Shown piece by piece: positions 10,623 through 22,138 of a stretch of DNA of 64,000 nucleotides. The notes under the pieces are model-generated. The model made no database searches. It saw only the letters and a program-made list of their open reading frames with translations, and was not told the origin of the DNA. The stretch covers positions 27,483 through 91,482 of IMG/VR virus record IMGVR_UViG_3300050821_004371, one strand, 5' to 3'. The position numbers and the translations under genes were made by a program. The first letter of the stretch is position 1. Each line of letters begins with the position of its first letter. The DNA comes from a virus.

Positions 10623-11582
10623 ATGCCCGAAAATGAAAACATCCCGCCCGTCTCTGCGGGCCTCAAGACTTCCGAAGAAATTGGCGAGCTTGCTAAGGCT
10701 CTCGCCGACGCCCGCAAAGATTATAAACCCGTCCTCAAAGACGCCAACAATCCCTTCTTCAAATCCAAGTATGCCGATCTTGCGGGCGTTATTGAGGCCA
10801 CGAGCGACGCCTTGTCCAAGAACGGGCTTGCCGTAATCCAATCTCCGAGGCTCGGGTTGAACCGAATCGCGGTCACAACCTTGCTTGCGCATTCTTCTGG
10901 GCAATGGTTGCGCGATGATCTCGAACTTCCGATGTCCAAGTTCGATGCCCAAGGTGCGGGCAGCGCGATCACCTACGCTCGGCGCTACGCTTATCAGGCA
11001 ATTGTCGGGGTGGCCGCTGAAGATGATGACGGGAATTCTGCTTCGGGCAAGTTTGAGAAGCAGGGCGATAACTTTGTCCGCAAAACGGATTCGCCCGTTA
11101 CTGCTGGACAGGGTGTCAACGTCCCTAATCTGCCAGTAGCGCCCGTAACCGTTGGCAAGTTGCCCGAGCTTCAGAAGCCCGTCGCCCGTAAGAAGAAAGA
11201 ATCTGTTACTGATGCGGGCAAGCCTTGGGGCGGAGAGTTTTCAATCAAGACGGATGAAAGTGCCAAGATTCCTGCATTCAACGCCATAACGCCCGAGAAT
11301 CCGATTACTGACGCCGACGTTATCTTTCCGGGCGACCCCGAACCGACGCCCGAAGTCCAGAAAACGGACAGGCTCGCTACTGACGACGAGCGTAAGGCTT
11401 TCATGGCCCGGTTAATCAAGCTGAAGGACAAAGGATTTACGGGCATCCGTGAGTATTTGCTGAAGGAATCGGGCGTTCAGATAACGAACGACATTCCAGT
11501 TCAGAAAATGAACGAGTTGGTCGCCCGATTAGAAGTTGCGGAATCAGAAGGCAAGCTGAAGGAGTTGCTCGGAGGAAAATAA
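10623..11582 (+). CDS. erf: ERF-family ssDNA annealing protein
   Basis: KDANNPFFKSKYADL...TLLAHSSGQW...QGAGSAITYARRY...EDDDGN. Confidence 0.9.
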   Translation: MPENENIPPVSAGLKTSEEIGELAKALADARKDYKPVLKDANNPFFKSKYADLAGVIEATSDALSKNGLAVIQSPRLGLNRIAVTTLLAHSSGQWLRDDLELPMSKFDAQGAGSAITYARRYAYQAIVGVAAEDDDGNSASGKFEKQGDNFVRKTDSPVTAGQGVNVPNLPVAPVTVGKLPELQKPVARKKKESVTDAGKPWGGEFSIKTDESAKIPAFNAITPENPITDADVIFPGDPEPTPEVQKTDRLATDDERKAFMARLIKLKDKGFTGIREYLLKESGVQITNDIPVQKMNELVARLEVAESEGKLKELLGGK

Positions 11583-11878
11583 TGGTCGTCCTCGCAAATG
11601 GCGGGCTACTCGGGCATCCGGATTCGTTCTGCTTCTATTGCGGGCGAGCGGTTCGGGTTTGGAAGTATCAAATTCATACACAAAAACCGCCCGATTCCCA
11701 TACTTGGGACCATGTAATCCCTAAGAGCAAGGGCGGGACCAAGAAAGTTACCGCCTGCCACGGATGCAACGACGAGAAACGGGACATGACGCTCGATGAA
11801 TACCGCTTGATTCGGGCGTTCAGGGCTGGTATAGTTCAGTTGCCCGAATACAAGTTCGCGGCAGAACAGAGAATCTAG
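11582..11878 (+). CDS. small HNH endonuclease
   Basis: CFYCG...TWDHVIPKSKGG...ACHGCNDEK. Confidence 0.85.
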   Translation: MVVLANGGLLGHPDSFCFYCGRAVRVWKYQIHTQKPPDSHTWDHVIPKSKGGTKKVTACHGCNDEKRDMTLDEYRLIRAFRAGIVQLPEYKFAAEQRI

Positions 11879-12321
11879 TACGGAAAACGGAGGAGAGATG
11901 AAGATCAAAGTTGAAGTTACGGAAAGAAACATTCGGCTCGGGAAAAATCATGCAAGCAACGTTTTCAATTGCCCATTAGCCCGCGCCTTAAAAAGGACGC
12001 TGAGGAAACGTTTCTATAGCACAGGCTGGGCCGGATTCACGACTACAGACGGGTATAGAGTAGAATTTCCCTTGAAAGCAAAACTGTTTCAAGATCGTCT
12101 GTTTGATGGCAAGCCCGTAAAACCGTTCTCGTTCACAATCTCGTTGCCCGCAAAAACCCGATGATCTACTACAAATTACTCTGGCTAGCAGCGTGTCTTG
12201 TCGGGCTAGCGCACTTGCTGCTGTTCGCGTTTACCGCCAGTCTTCCGAGCTTGCTCGCAATGATTGTCTGCGGGCTAGCTTGCGCGATAACTTATAATCA
12301 GGCTTGGAAATAGGAGAGAAT

Positions 12322-12756
12322 ATGTCAAAATCAGTGAACAAAGTAACTCTGCTCGGAAATCTCGGGAAAGACCCAGAAGTTAAGTTTACGCCTTCGGGCA
12401 CCGCCGTTGCTAAACTGACGCTCGCGACCGAAGACCGATCGAAAGACAAGGACGGAAACTGGACTGAGAAGACCGAATGGCACAACGTCGTTCTTTGGGC
12501 CAAGCTCGCGGAGATCGCGGGCGAATATCTCAAGAAGGGCGGAAAGGTTTATATCGAGGGTCGCCTGCAAACCCGATCCTGGGATGACAAGACTTCGGGC
12601 CAGAAGAAGTACATGACGGAAGTTATCGGGCAAGAATTGGTGCTGCTTGGGTCTGTACAGAAAACGGATAATCGGGCTTCGAGAGGTACGGGCCAAGGTT
12701 TGGTTCAAGGTCGCCCGCAAACCAACCAAGTCGCAGACGAAGATATTCCATTCTAG
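12322..12756 (+). CDS. ssb: single-stranded DNA-binding protein
   Basis: SVNKVTLLGNLGKDPEV...TEWHNVV...VYIEGRLQTRSW...DEDIPF tail. Confidence 0.95.
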   Translation: MSKSVNKVTLLGNLGKDPEVKFTPSGTAVAKLTLATEDRSKDKDGNWTEKTEWHNVVLWAKLAEIAGEYLKKGGKVYIEGRLQTRSWDDKTSGQKKYMTEVIGQELVLLGSVQKTDNRASRGTGQGLVQGRPQTNQVADEDIPF

Positions 12757-13163
12757 GAGGAAATGTGCTCCAGCAATTACCGGGCGGTTTGTGCTTTGCC
12801 CACGGGCCTTACGAAGACGGGTTTTCTTGCCCGCGATGGCCGAAGTGTGTGACCGATCCGTCGAAAGACGAATACTTTGCGTTGGCCGCCCGTAGGAAGA
12901 AAAACAATGCTTGTCTTCGGGCGGCGGAAATCCTTGAAGAAGCGGACATGCTGGATACGACCGTTCAGATGCTTCGTTCAGTCGCCGAAGCTTACAAGTA
13001 GTCTCAAAACGTCGTTGATTAGGAGGAAGTAATGGCGGGCGACCCGATCTTTGATCGCAGTCTACACGAAAAGTCAATAACACCCACATGGAAATTCCTT
13101 CTGCTATTCTGCATGTTCTGGAAATACAGGCTAATTGCTCCGGGCGTGCTGGTGAGACGGTAG

Positions 13164-13985
13164 ATGCTCGATAAACAGGAGTTCTCACTCTACAACGGGG
13201 AAGTCGTTCTCTCGGTCAATGAAAAGGCGCATACGAGTCAAGTTTCCGAGCTAGGATGCAAGCCTTTCAAAATTCCGCACGTCACAACGGTTCTCAATAG
13301 TCTCGCCAAGCCTGCAATCGCACCCTGGTCAATCGGGGTCTGTTGTGATTACATTTACGATAACGTCAAGCTGTTGATGGCGGGCGACAGCTTCTCGGTT
13401 GAAGCGATTTTCAAGATTATTGAGCAAGCCCGCCAAGCCCCCGAGTACGAGCGTCAGAAGGCCGCTGATATCGGAACCGCCGCGCACGACTGGTTGGAAT
13501 CTTATTGGCTTTCGGTTGTACAGAAAACGGATTCTCCGCAATTGCCCGAAGAAGGGCCCGTTAGAAACTGCGTAGACGCCGCTATGACCTGGATCAAAGA
13601 TCACGACATGAGGCCAATCCTGTTCGAGCGCCCGTTTTATTCTCGCTTGCATAAATTTACGGGCAAGGAGGATTTTGTCGGTCTTGTGGACGGCGAACTC
13701 GCGATCATAGACTACAAAAGTTCGAAGTCGATTTACCCAGAGACGGCTCTCCAGACCGCCGCCTACGCCAAGATGTACGAGGAAGAATTCGGGGTTAGGA
13801 TCGCCCGTAGGTGGGCCTTGAAACTCGGGAAGTTTGACGGCAAGGTCGATCCCAAGCCCTACCCCCCGAACTCGCTCGAAACCGATTACGATTCGTTTCT
13901 TGCGGTCTTCAAAATCTATGATAGACTCAAGCATCTCAGGCGGAAGCCGAAGCCCGAGAAGCAAGATTTCTTGGAGGGATTGTGA
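13164..13985 (+). CDS. PD-(D/E)XK exonuclease (Cas4/RecB-like phage nuclease)
   Basis: PHVTTVL, ADIGTAAHDWLE, GKED...IIDYKSS, QTAAYA. Confidence 0.8.
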   Translation: MLDKQEFSLYNGEVVLSVNEKAHTSQVSELGCKPFKIPHVTTVLNSLAKPAIAPWSIGVCCDYIYDNVKLLMAGDSFSVEAIFKIIEQARQAPEYERQKAADIGTAAHDWLESYWLSVVQKTDSPQLPEEGPVRNCVDAAMTWIKDHDMRPILFERPFYSRLHKFTGKEDFVGLVDGELAIIDYKSSKSIYPETALQTAAYAKMYEEEFGVRIARRWALKLGKFDGKVDPKPYPPNSLETDYDSFLAVFKIYDRLKHLRRKPKPEKQDFLEGL

Positions 13986-14297
13986 AGCGAGCTTATTGCG
14001 GGCGACGCGGCCCCGCTAAGAAACAAGCCGAGCATATTTGCATATCCAAGGTTGGACATTCGGGCCGTTGTCTTTGCAGTTGTGGGGTACGGTTCAAATC
14101 CACAAGAAGGTATAAAGCCCGCATCTTTGAATTGCTCTTGTTGCCCGCAGACTATCAAGTTCGGAAAACGGAGTAGGAATGCTCGAACAAATGACAGATA
14201 TCGCCCGAACCTTACACGCCATTGATTTCACCTTGGGGTTGATCTGTATCGTGCTGATGGTGCTAACTGTTGTTTTCATGCTCAAAAGGACGCACTG

Positions 14298-14786
14298 ATG
14301 CTTAACGGGCAAGACAAAGCTTTTTACCAACCCTGGAACGAGGAAGAATTCCAGTCCGATCTGTTTGTACGGAAAATGAATCAGTCCGAGAAATTCCTAT
14401 ACCGTACTCTTTTGCAAGCCGCGTTTTTTCACAGCACTCGCCCGTATCTGCCCAAGGACGACGATATTCTCTGGATGCTCGCAGACTGTGATACCAAAGA
14501 ATTCTGGATGTCTAACAAAGATAAGGTAGTTGCTCGATTCTACACGGAAATTGTGGACGGGCAAGAAATGCTGGCCCACGGACGGGTGATGAGGGATTGG
14601 CAGCGTATACTAGACAAACGCGAAGCATTAGCTGAGCGGGGGCGTAGCGGCGGCTTAGCAAAAGCTAAGCGCCAGCTTACCAAGGAAGTAAAGCAAGTAA
14701 GTAAAGTAAGTGAAGTAGAGGTAAGGGAAGAAAACCCTTTTTCCTGCCTCGGAGAACTGAATGTCAATCAAGAAGAAAATTCATAA
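14298..14786 (+). CDS. DUF1376/YdaU-like replication-associated protein
   Basis: FQSD...MNQSEKFLYRTLL...LPKDDDIL..LA...HGRV...RGRSGG. Confidence 0.5.
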   Translation: MLNGQDKAFYQPWNEEEFQSDLFVRKMNQSEKFLYRTLLQAAFFHSTRPYLPKDDDILWMLADCDTKEFWMSNKDKVVARFYTEIVDGQEMLAHGRVMRDWQRILDKREALAERGRSGGLAKAKRQLTKEVKQVSKVSEVEVREENPFSCLGELNVNQEENS

Positions 14787-15405
14787 GACTTGCCTGCTGG
14801 TTCTTGGCACCAATCCAGAGCCCGAACAATGGGATGTCTGGAAGCAGGTTATGCAACTATCCGAGGTCTTTGGCGAGCGGAAGCTCCAAGAGGCTTTTGA
14901 CGAATGGGCGGATACCCGTAAAGGCGATCTGTTCAAGAAAGGTCCGTTAACCGAATTCCTGAAGATTGCCCCAGGGTTGTGTACGGGCATTATCCAACTC
15001 AAGCCCAAAGGCGATCTGTTTTCTTTGCTTAACGACTTAGCCGCTATATCAGACAACCAAGTTCTGTTCAATCGAGATCAGCAAGCAGCTATCGGGCGAC
15101 TTATGGCTACCCACTCGCCCGCAGACATCAAATCCGCCTTCTCCGAGTTCTGGGGGAACATTTCGGGCGACGATTTCCTTGTCCGTCAGGCGGCCAAGAC
15201 GTTTACCGAGGCTGCCGAGCAACTTTTGTTTGTTCGGGCGAAACGAGCCGAGGACGCCCGAAAGACCGAGGAGCTTATTCGGGTCAGTACGGAAAAAGAA
15301 CGAGCTAAGGCGGTTCAGGAAGCAGTAAATTTCCTTGCGGAAGTGGAAAAAGAAGCCGATCTTGTCGAAGATACGCTGCCAGATGAAACAGGAACCTTAC
15401 AATAA
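14761..15405 (+). CDS. hypothetical protein in replication module
   Basis: 214-aa ORF, GGAG RBS. Confidence 0.55.
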   Translation: MSIKKKIHKTCLLVLGTNPEPEQWDVWKQVMQLSEVFGERKLQEAFDEWADTRKGDLFKKGPLTEFLKIAPGLCTGIIQLKPKGDLFSLLNDLAAISDNQVLFNRDQQAAIGRLMATHSPADIKSAFSEFWGNISGDDFLVRQAAKTFTEAAEQLLFVRAKRAEDARKTEELIRVSTEKERAKAVQEAVNFLAEVEKEADLVEDTLPDETGTLQ

Positions 15406-16414
15406 CGATTTTCTAAGACGAGGCTAAAGGCTTCTCGGGCGAGGGTAAGGGTTAGGGTGGTTTCGGGCCTCGAAGCCCGCAAATCGAACGCTAGGATAGA
15501 ACTTTAGTAACATCGGAGGTAGTACAGAAAATGGATAACCAGCTCCCGCCTTGCAGACTATTCGGGAATTGCCCGCTATGCAACGCTGAATACGAAGCCC
15601 GTAAGTCCGCCCCATTGCCTGCGGGCCTAACCGTGGGCATATACCCCAAAGTATTTAAATTCAAGATACCTTGGTATCATCGGGCGTGGGCTTGGTTTCG
15701 GGCGGGCTGGAAAGAATACCAGCAATATCTGCAAGGCGGTCGCCCGTGATCTACCACGGTCACTTTACCCATCCGGACCTTTGGCTCATGTGGGCGGTCG
15801 TGGTATTGACGCCCGTAAACACTTTGGGTATTCTGTATCTGCTTTGGAGGCGCGGGCGATGATTAAGCGAGAGCCGTACGGAGTTTCGAGCAACGAAGTC
15901 GCGGAATTTGTACGCGAGCGTCGTCTGTACCTGAACGCTTTGCGTGAAGCTATCACGTGGACAGAAGAGGCGGATAACGATTTCAGGAGTGGTGAGGAGT
16001 TGGACAAGGCTGTTTATTACAAGAACCTGATGAATGCCAGCTATAATCGGGCTAATAATGCGGGTTACCGAACTCACGCACTTGTTGCGGAAGTTAAAGC
16101 TCTCCGTTCTGGGCAAGGTGTAACGTACGGGCGTGAGGAGGATGACCCCACCCGAGACGATTTTGCTGTTCGTATCTGTACGGAAAACGGATAATGCCCG
16201 AAACTAGCCTACAGGAACTCAAGCAAGCCGAGGATTTGGGGCGGAAACTGAACCCGCATCCCGAAGGCTCGTACGCTTGGTACGGGTGGTCGATGGAATT
16301 CACGATAGATAACGGGCGAGTGCTTGCTAAACCAGATTCGGTTAGTGAGCAAAACAGCTTTAGTGATTTTGATTGGGATGCCTTCGGGCAACTCAGGAAA
16401 GACCCCAAATACTG

Positions 16415-18313
16415 ATGCCCGAAGAATCTCTTCAATCTCTGAAGCAGCACCCGAAGATATTAGACTTGTATCGGGCGAAGCTGTCTTTGAAGCAGGACGG
16501 CAAGAGATGGCGCGGGCTTTGTATTTGGCATGCCGATTCGCACGCAGGAAATTTCGACGTGTTTCAGCACCAAGGAACGTGGATTCATAAATGTCTTTCG
16601 TGTGGTATCTCGGGCAGCATCTTGGATTTAATCCAGAAAACGGACAACTGTGACTTGCGGGCGGCGGTCAAGATTGTCCGCGAATATTGTTCTGATTTTG
16701 CGAACGCCCGTACCCAAGTTGAGAACGTATTTCGCCCGCTAGGAGTTCCAGATGCCCCAAAGAAAACATACCCCGCAGACGGTTACAAAGCCTACGAGCA
16801 AGCCTTCCAAAATTCGCAAGCCGCGCAGCAATTCATTCTCGGCAGAGGAATTACGGTGGAAACAGCTAAACGATTACGAGTTGGTTTTCGCCAAGATATT
16901 GGTAGGCAAGCGGGGGACGGAAGCCCGCTAGCAGACAAAGGCTGGATTTCTTTTCCGTATTTCCGAGACGGCCAAGTTGCGCTAATTAAGTATCGTTCTA
17001 TAATCGCCAAGAAAACAGAAGTCAATGGCAAGAAATTCTCAGGTATTATTCGACAAGCGGGCATGGATACGCTCATGTTCAACACCCAAACGGTGGATAT
17101 GATGGAGCCTGTTTTCCTAGTAGAAGGGGAGCCCGATACTTGTATTTTCGAACAAGCTGGATTTAAGGCAGTCGGAATTCCGATGGCGGAATATCAATGC
17201 ACGCCCGAAGACAAGGATTTATTGTTGTCCGCCGAATCCGTCATCCTTGCGGGCGATAACGACGATGCGGGCAAGAAGGCTATGCAGAAGCTTTGGGCCG
17301 AGATGAAAGAGCGAACGTACTTGCTCCGATGGCCCGAGGGTGTGAAAGACGCGAATCAATTCTTTCTGGAAACTTGCGGGCGATCAGAATCCGTTTTCCG
17401 TACAAAGATCGAAGCCCTTGTCCAAGAAGCCAAAGTTCGCCCGATGGCGGGGATTTACAGCTTGCAAGAATCCCTGATGAACAGCACGGAAGAAAACGTT
17501 AAGGACGATCCAAACCGCTTTCGCTTCTCGATCCCGAGCGTTGACCGAATGGCGATCTTGTCGCCCGGATCAGTAATCGGCGTGGTCGCGACTTCTACCG
17601 GGCAAGGAAAAACAACTTTCGTCCTGCAAGAAACTTTGGAGGCCGCCCGCAAGCACGGCGAAGTCATACTCAACTACCAAGCCGAACTAACCATCGAGCA
17701 AATTTCCCGAATTGTTACCGCCCACGTTCTGCGAAAGCATCGTCTTGAACTCACTCCCGATGACATGAAATCAGCGGCTCACGCCCTCGCTGGGGCGAAA
17801 TACTACGTCGGGCGAAACGCAGCATTGACTACGATCACGCCCGTACTCGATTTGATGGAAGCCGCTATTCGCCGCTTGTCTCCAACGGTCGCGGTGCTCG
17901 ATAATATCCACTACCTTGTCCGTAACGAGCAAGATCAAGTCAAGGCGATGGAAAACGCGATGCAGCGCGTTAAATCTATGGCCGTTCTTTACGGGCTAAA
18001 ATTCTTTGTCCTCGGGGCCCCCAAGAAAGCCGAATCCACGGCCAAAGGCAAGCAGTTGCATGTTACGGACGTTCGTGGTAGCGTAGCATTTGGAGACGAT
18101 TCGGACGCCGTATTTACGATCCATCGGGATATGCTGACGAACTCCGATGACCGGAAGAACGACTATAGCCCGCAGACAAAGCTGAGGCTCGTAAAGGTCA
18201 GAGACAAGGGTCCGGGCGACGCCGAAGTTGATTTACTCTTTTTGGGCGAGATTGCTTCCTTCGTGGAGATCGCCCGATTAAACGAACCAGAGTTATTTGG
18301 AGATCACCGATGA
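16415..18313 (+). CDS. primase-helicase (CHC2 Zn finger + TOPRIM + SF4/DnaB-like helicase)
   Basis: CIWH..KCLSCG; VEGEPD, GDNDDAG, PEGVKDAN; STGQGKTT Walker A; VLDNIH; DVRGS..FGDDSD. Confidence 0.9.
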   Translation: MPEESLQSLKQHPKILDLYRAKLSLKQDGKRWRGLCIWHADSHAGNFDVFQHQGTWIHKCLSCGISGSILDLIQKTDNCDLRAAVKIVREYCSDFANARTQVENVFRPLGVPDAPKKTYPADGYKAYEQAFQNSQAAQQFILGRGITVETAKRLRVGFRQDIGRQAGDGSPLADKGWISFPYFRDGQVALIKYRSIIAKKTEVNGKKFSGIIRQAGMDTLMFNTQTVDMMEPVFLVEGEPDTCIFEQAGFKAVGIPMAEYQCTPEDKDLLLSAESVILAGDNDDAGKKAMQKLWAEMKERTYLLRWPEGVKDANQFFLETCGRSESVFRTKIEALVQEAKVRPMAGIYSLQESLMNSTEENVKDDPNRFRFSIPSVDRMAILSPGSVIGVVATSTGQGKTTFVLQETLEAARKHGEVILNYQAELTIEQISRIVTAHVLRKHRLELTPDDMKSAAHALAGAKYYVGRNAALTTITPVLDLMEAAIRRLSPTVAVLDNIHYLVRNEQDQVKAMENAMQRVKSMAVLYGLKFFVLGAPKKAESTAKGKQLHVTDVRGSVAFGDDSDAVFTIHRDMLTNSDDRKNDYSPQTKLRLVKVRDKGPGDAEVDLLFLGEIASFVEIARLNEPELFGDHR

Positions 18314-18490
18314 GCGAACCGACCGTCTATTACTCGCCCGAAACTCTTGAAGCTTTGCGGGCGAACACTCAAATGTCTGAGGGAACTTGGCACAAAATTA
18401 TGAATCCGCTTTGTGGGGCGTGCGCCTACGAGCGCGGGCTGGAATTTGTACGGAAAATGAACAACTCGTCGCCCGAAGAGAAGCAAGGTC

Positions 18491-18520
18491 TTGACAAAGA
18501 ATCTTAAAGCATGGTAGGAT
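18491..18520 (+). promoter_or_regulatory. sigma70-type promoter
   Basis: TTGACA-18nt-TAGGAT upstream of ORF 18539 with AGGAGG RBS. Confidence 0.45.
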
Positions 18521-18901
18521 GTAGGAGGATTACGGGCGATGAAAAATTGGATTGATAAATGGTTCTGGTCTTCTTTGTTGGGCGGATTGTTCATTTGCGT
18601 AGTAGCCTTGAGCAATTTGATACTTTCGGGCGATACGGGAATTTTGGATCATTTCCTTGAAATTCTCATTCTCCCGTTTCTGTTTAGCACGCTGTTCGCG
18701 CTGATTGCTATTATTTGTACGGAAAAAGGATAATGCCCGAAGAAATCAAAGCCGTTATCGGGCAGTACAGCGACTACTTCTCTAGTTGGTGGGGATACGA
18801 GGACGGAACCATGCTTGACTTGGGCGACCCTCGCGGGTATATGTGGATCAAGGTTGACGGTAAGACGGTTCCAGATCACGAAACGGTACGGAGGATGGCA
18901 G

Positions 18902-19546
18902 ATGCAAGAAATTGAACCCGTATCGCCCGAAGCCCGCAAGAAGCAGGAGCTACTCCTAGAAAAAGTAGACGCCTTGCTTGATGAAACTCGTCTCGGGCAA
19001 GAAAAACTTCATCGGAACTTCATCCAGATTGGGATCGCTTTGCTCGAAGTTGACCGCTCAAAAGCTTGGACGCTCCGAAGTCATTCAAGCGACGGCTACA
19101 TCAAGTCCTGCGAGGCCCGATTCGGAAAAGGAAGAACTGCGCTTTACGGCTTCAAGTCGGTTGCCGAGAACCTTCTCCCGCACTTGCCCGAACAGAAATT
19201 GCTGGAAATGGGGATTTCAAAAGCGCAGCCTTTAGCCCAATATACGAAGAGGTCGGGGGGTAAAATCCCGGAAGACCTTGTATCTAAGGCGATTGATCCG
19301 AAGGTCGGAGTCGAAGAATTTAGGGCAAGCATCGCCGAGACGTTGCATGAGAAGCCGGAATCTGGAAAGTGGTTCGAGTTCTTGTCGGGCTTCTATGTCA
19401 CGCCCGAAGAGAAGGCGGAATTAGAACGGGCGATCCAGTCAGCCAAGGCCCAGATAGAGTTGCCCGAAAACTGTTCGGAATGGTTGGAACGGAAATTGGT
19501 CGCGCAAGCAATGGCCGCTGAGTGTTTGTCAAGTTGGGGAGCGTAA
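18902..19546 (+). CDS. hypothetical protein
   Basis: long ORF with GGAGG RBS upstream; no family recognised. Confidence 0.55.
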   Translation: MQEIEPVSPEARKKQELLLEKVDALLDETRLGQEKLHRNFIQIGIALLEVDRSKAWTLRSHSSDGYIKSCEARFGKGRTALYGFKSVAENLLPHLPEQKLLEMGISKAQPLAQYTKRSGGKIPEDLVSKAIDPKVGVEEFRASIAETLHEKPESGKWFEFLSGFYVTPEEKAELERAIQSAKAQIELPENCSEWLERKLVAQAMAAECLSSWGA

Positions 19547-19558
19547 AAGGAGGGGAAT

Positions 19559-19762
19559 ATGGCAGAAAGTTCGTCTAGTTCAAGCGGCATTGGCTTTTCC
19601 GGGCTACTTGGGATCGCGTTCATCGTGCTCAAGCTGACCCACGTAATCAATTGGTCTTGGTGGTACGTCACTCTGCCGCTGTGGGGCGGGTTAGCGTTAC
19701 TCTTGGGTTTCCTTTTGGTATTGGGGTTGTTTGCGCTAATCGCGGCCTTGTTCGGAATATGA
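19559..19762 (+). CDS. small membrane protein
   Basis: GIGFSGLLGIAFIVLKLTHVINWSWWYVTLPLW, a common phage TM protein pattern. Confidence 0.75.
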   Translation: MAESSSSSSGIGFSGLLGIAFIVLKLTHVINWSWWYVTLPLWGGLALLLGFLLVLGLFALIAALFGI

Positions 19763-20133
19763 ACGCCCGAAACACTGTTTGGGTTGAGCGAGTCAATGGG
19801 TCCATAATCCGGATTTTCAGATCGACTCACGGGCAGGATTGGTCTCGGGCGATGGAAGCCCGAACTCTAGAAACTTGCCCGAAAAAAGATGCCGTGAGTG
19901 CGATTCGCTCGCAAATCTGGAAGCGGTGCTCGGGCAAGTGCGAGTGGTGCGGAAAACGGATTAAGGAATCCGGCCCGTTATTTGCCCGAATGAATATGCA
20001 CGAAGTAATCCCGAAAGGCAACGGCGGCGAAGTCAGCTTGACAAACTCTGTGGGTATTTGCTATGATTGCCACTTCAATAGCCCGAAAGCCCACGGGGAT
20101 CGAAAACCTCAATGGACAAAGGAGTTGGAATAA
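19759..20133 (+). CDS. HNH endonuclease
   Basis: CEWCG...MHEVIPKGNGG..SLTN...ICYDCH. Confidence 0.75.
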   Translation: MNARNTVWVERVNGSIIRIFRSTHGQDWSRAMEARTLETCPKKDAVSAIRSQIWKRCSGKCEWCGKRIKESGPLFARMNMHEVIPKGNGGEVSLTNSVGICYDCHFNSPKAHGDRKPQWTKELE

Positions 20134-20835
20134 TGGTTTATCCAAGATTTCAAATTTGAAATTGCGGGCCATTCGGATCAAGATATGATGTGGTTTGAAC
20201 CCGGCCCGAGCGAATGCGGGTATATTACTGATGGGGTTTGTTTCGGGCACGATGATTCAGCGGGGTACGTAATGGACTTTTCCGATCTTCAAAAATGCTA
20301 TTTCGCCGCCTTGGAAACCCGTCGTCGTATTGAAGATGGCGACGATACGGAAAACGAATCGCCCGAAGGAGAGTAAACTTGCCAAGAGTCGAAGTTTTAG
20401 TAAAGCTAAAAGACGGCCAAAACATCTTGCTAACCGAAGGCGACCTGATCCAAAAGACGGTTGTCATCGAGTGTTGCAGCCAACGCTGTGCTTCTAGACA
20501 CGGGCAAGAATTGCCGCAGGAAGTTTCTCTGATTGACGGGCGGCCGATGCCCGCAGAAGGCCGTCAATGGCTGTCTTTGATCTTGCCCGAAACCAGCCCG
20601 CAGTATACACCAATGCCGCCGAATTTCTGTAGCCCGAGTTGCGTTCGGGACTTTCTTTCGTATCAGTACATCGCTCCTAGTTCTGCGGGCGTCGAGGAAG
20701 TACAGAAAACGGATTTTCCGAAGCCCGACTATCAAGACCCAAAGCCCGATTATTTAGGAGTGAAAGTTGAATCGTTCTCGCACCCCGTAATAGAACCAAC
20801 AGTTATCGGGCAAGCAGACGGAGCAGGAGAATAGC

Positions 20836-21021
20836 TTGCCGATCTTCACATTATTTTGCCCGAACTGTAACAAGGAAGTCGATAGGCTGATCTTGAAGAT
20901 CACTACGACTCGGACTCCGCAGTTTTGTGATTGCGGGCATCAAATGGATCGAGTGCCCGAAGTTCCAGGAAGATTTGTTCGCGGGCAAGGTTCGTGGAGT
21001 TCGCCCGCATCGAAAGGATAG
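20836..21021 (+). CDS. FmdB-like zinc ribbon protein
   Basis: MPIF...CPNC...C.CG..M.RV. Confidence 0.65.
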   Translation: MPIFTLFCPNCNKEVDRLILKITTTRTPQFCDCGHQMDRVPEVPGRFVRGQGSWSSPASKG

Positions 21022-21515
21022 TGCGTGGAAAAAGCGACCGAACTCGAATATCTGCAATATTTCTATTCGGCTGCGGGCGATTGTTTCGGGCCTGCCGACG
21101 ACGATATTTACGACGCCATCAAAAGAAATTTCAAGAAGTGGAAGGGCAAGGCGTTGCCTGAAGGATACAGCGATCCAGATTTTCCCGAGGAAGAATAAAT
21201 GCCCGTAATCTTGCTAGTTGCTGGACTCGCTGTCGGCTGGGTTCTTACGGGCGTCTTGTACGTTTTCCGTACTCGCGGGCTTCGGGAAACCATCGGGTAT
21301 CTCGAAGTTGCCCGAGAAGAACTTATGCAATCGGCCTTGGACGCCGAAAAACGAGCGGGCGTCGCCGAGACCGAAAGCCAGTACATGAAGCTGACGCTCG
21401 CAAACGTATTACAGAGGCCCGCAGTAGCAGTAATGACCGACGAAAATATCCAGCAGTTAGGGGCGATCATAGAATCCGTTATGAAAGCCCCAGATAAGTT
21501 GAATTAGGAGGAAAG

Positions 21516-21833
21516 ATGTTTTATCAGAAAACCATCCGGGATTTACGGGCGGCCAACCTTAGTCTGGCTAACTCCCGAGACCGAGCATTGTCCGAACTAT
21601 CAATCCTCCAAGACGCCTTCCGCCGGGGAGTTCAGATAACAGACGAACTCAAGGAGCAGATTGCGAGCCTAGAAGCCCGAAATGAAAAACTGAATTCTTC
21701 GCTGTTATCCGCCGAGGACAAGTACGACAGGCTTGCGGGCAAGTACGACAATCTGTCGAATCGGCACGACATGCTGGACTCGGTTCTTCGGCAACTGCGG
21801 ATTTCTATTAAATTGCCTGCGGGGAAGAAATAA
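21516..21833 (+). CDS. coiled-coil hypothetical protein (paralog of next ORF)
   Basis: ends LDSVLRQLRISIKLP. Confidence 0.6.
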   Translation: MFYQKTIRDLRAANLSLANSRDRALSELSILQDAFRRGVQITDELKEQIASLEARNEKLNSSLLSAEDKYDRLAGKYDNLSNRHDMLDSVLRQLRISIKLPAGKK

Positions 21834-22123
21834 TGTTTTGGTGGAATGAAATTAAAGCTTTGCGAGGTGACTTAGCTCGGGCACGCGAGCGTCGAGACAC
21901 GTATTACGGATATTGGCAACAAGTCGCTGCTCAACTAAAACAAGCAGAATCCGACCTCGAAGTTGCCCGAAAGAAGAACGACGATCTCGACCAGAGAGGG
22001 CGGAACTTCGCCCGACAAGCGGATGATCTAGAGTTTCAGAAGCGAACGCTGGAAAGTGTCTTGGAGCAGTTGCAAATTCCCGTCAAATTACCTAGGCCCG
22101 GAAGAGTTAAGTTGACAAAGTAA
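21833..22123 (+). CDS. coiled-coil hypothetical protein (paralog of previous ORF)
   Basis: ends LESVLEQLQIPVKLP. Confidence 0.6.
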   Translation: MFWWNEIKALRGDLARARERRDTYYGYWQQVAAQLKQAESDLEVARKKNDDLDQRGRNFARQADDLEFQKRTLESVLEQLQIPVKLPRPGRVKLTK

Positions 22124-22138
22124 CTGAGAACTGCTAAT

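Noticed and set aside
13164-13985. Cas4 as part of a CRISPR adaptation module
   Set aside because: It lies in the ERF/SSB recombination module, 11 kb from the arrays, with no cas1 or cas2. A typical phage exonuclease is the simpler reading.
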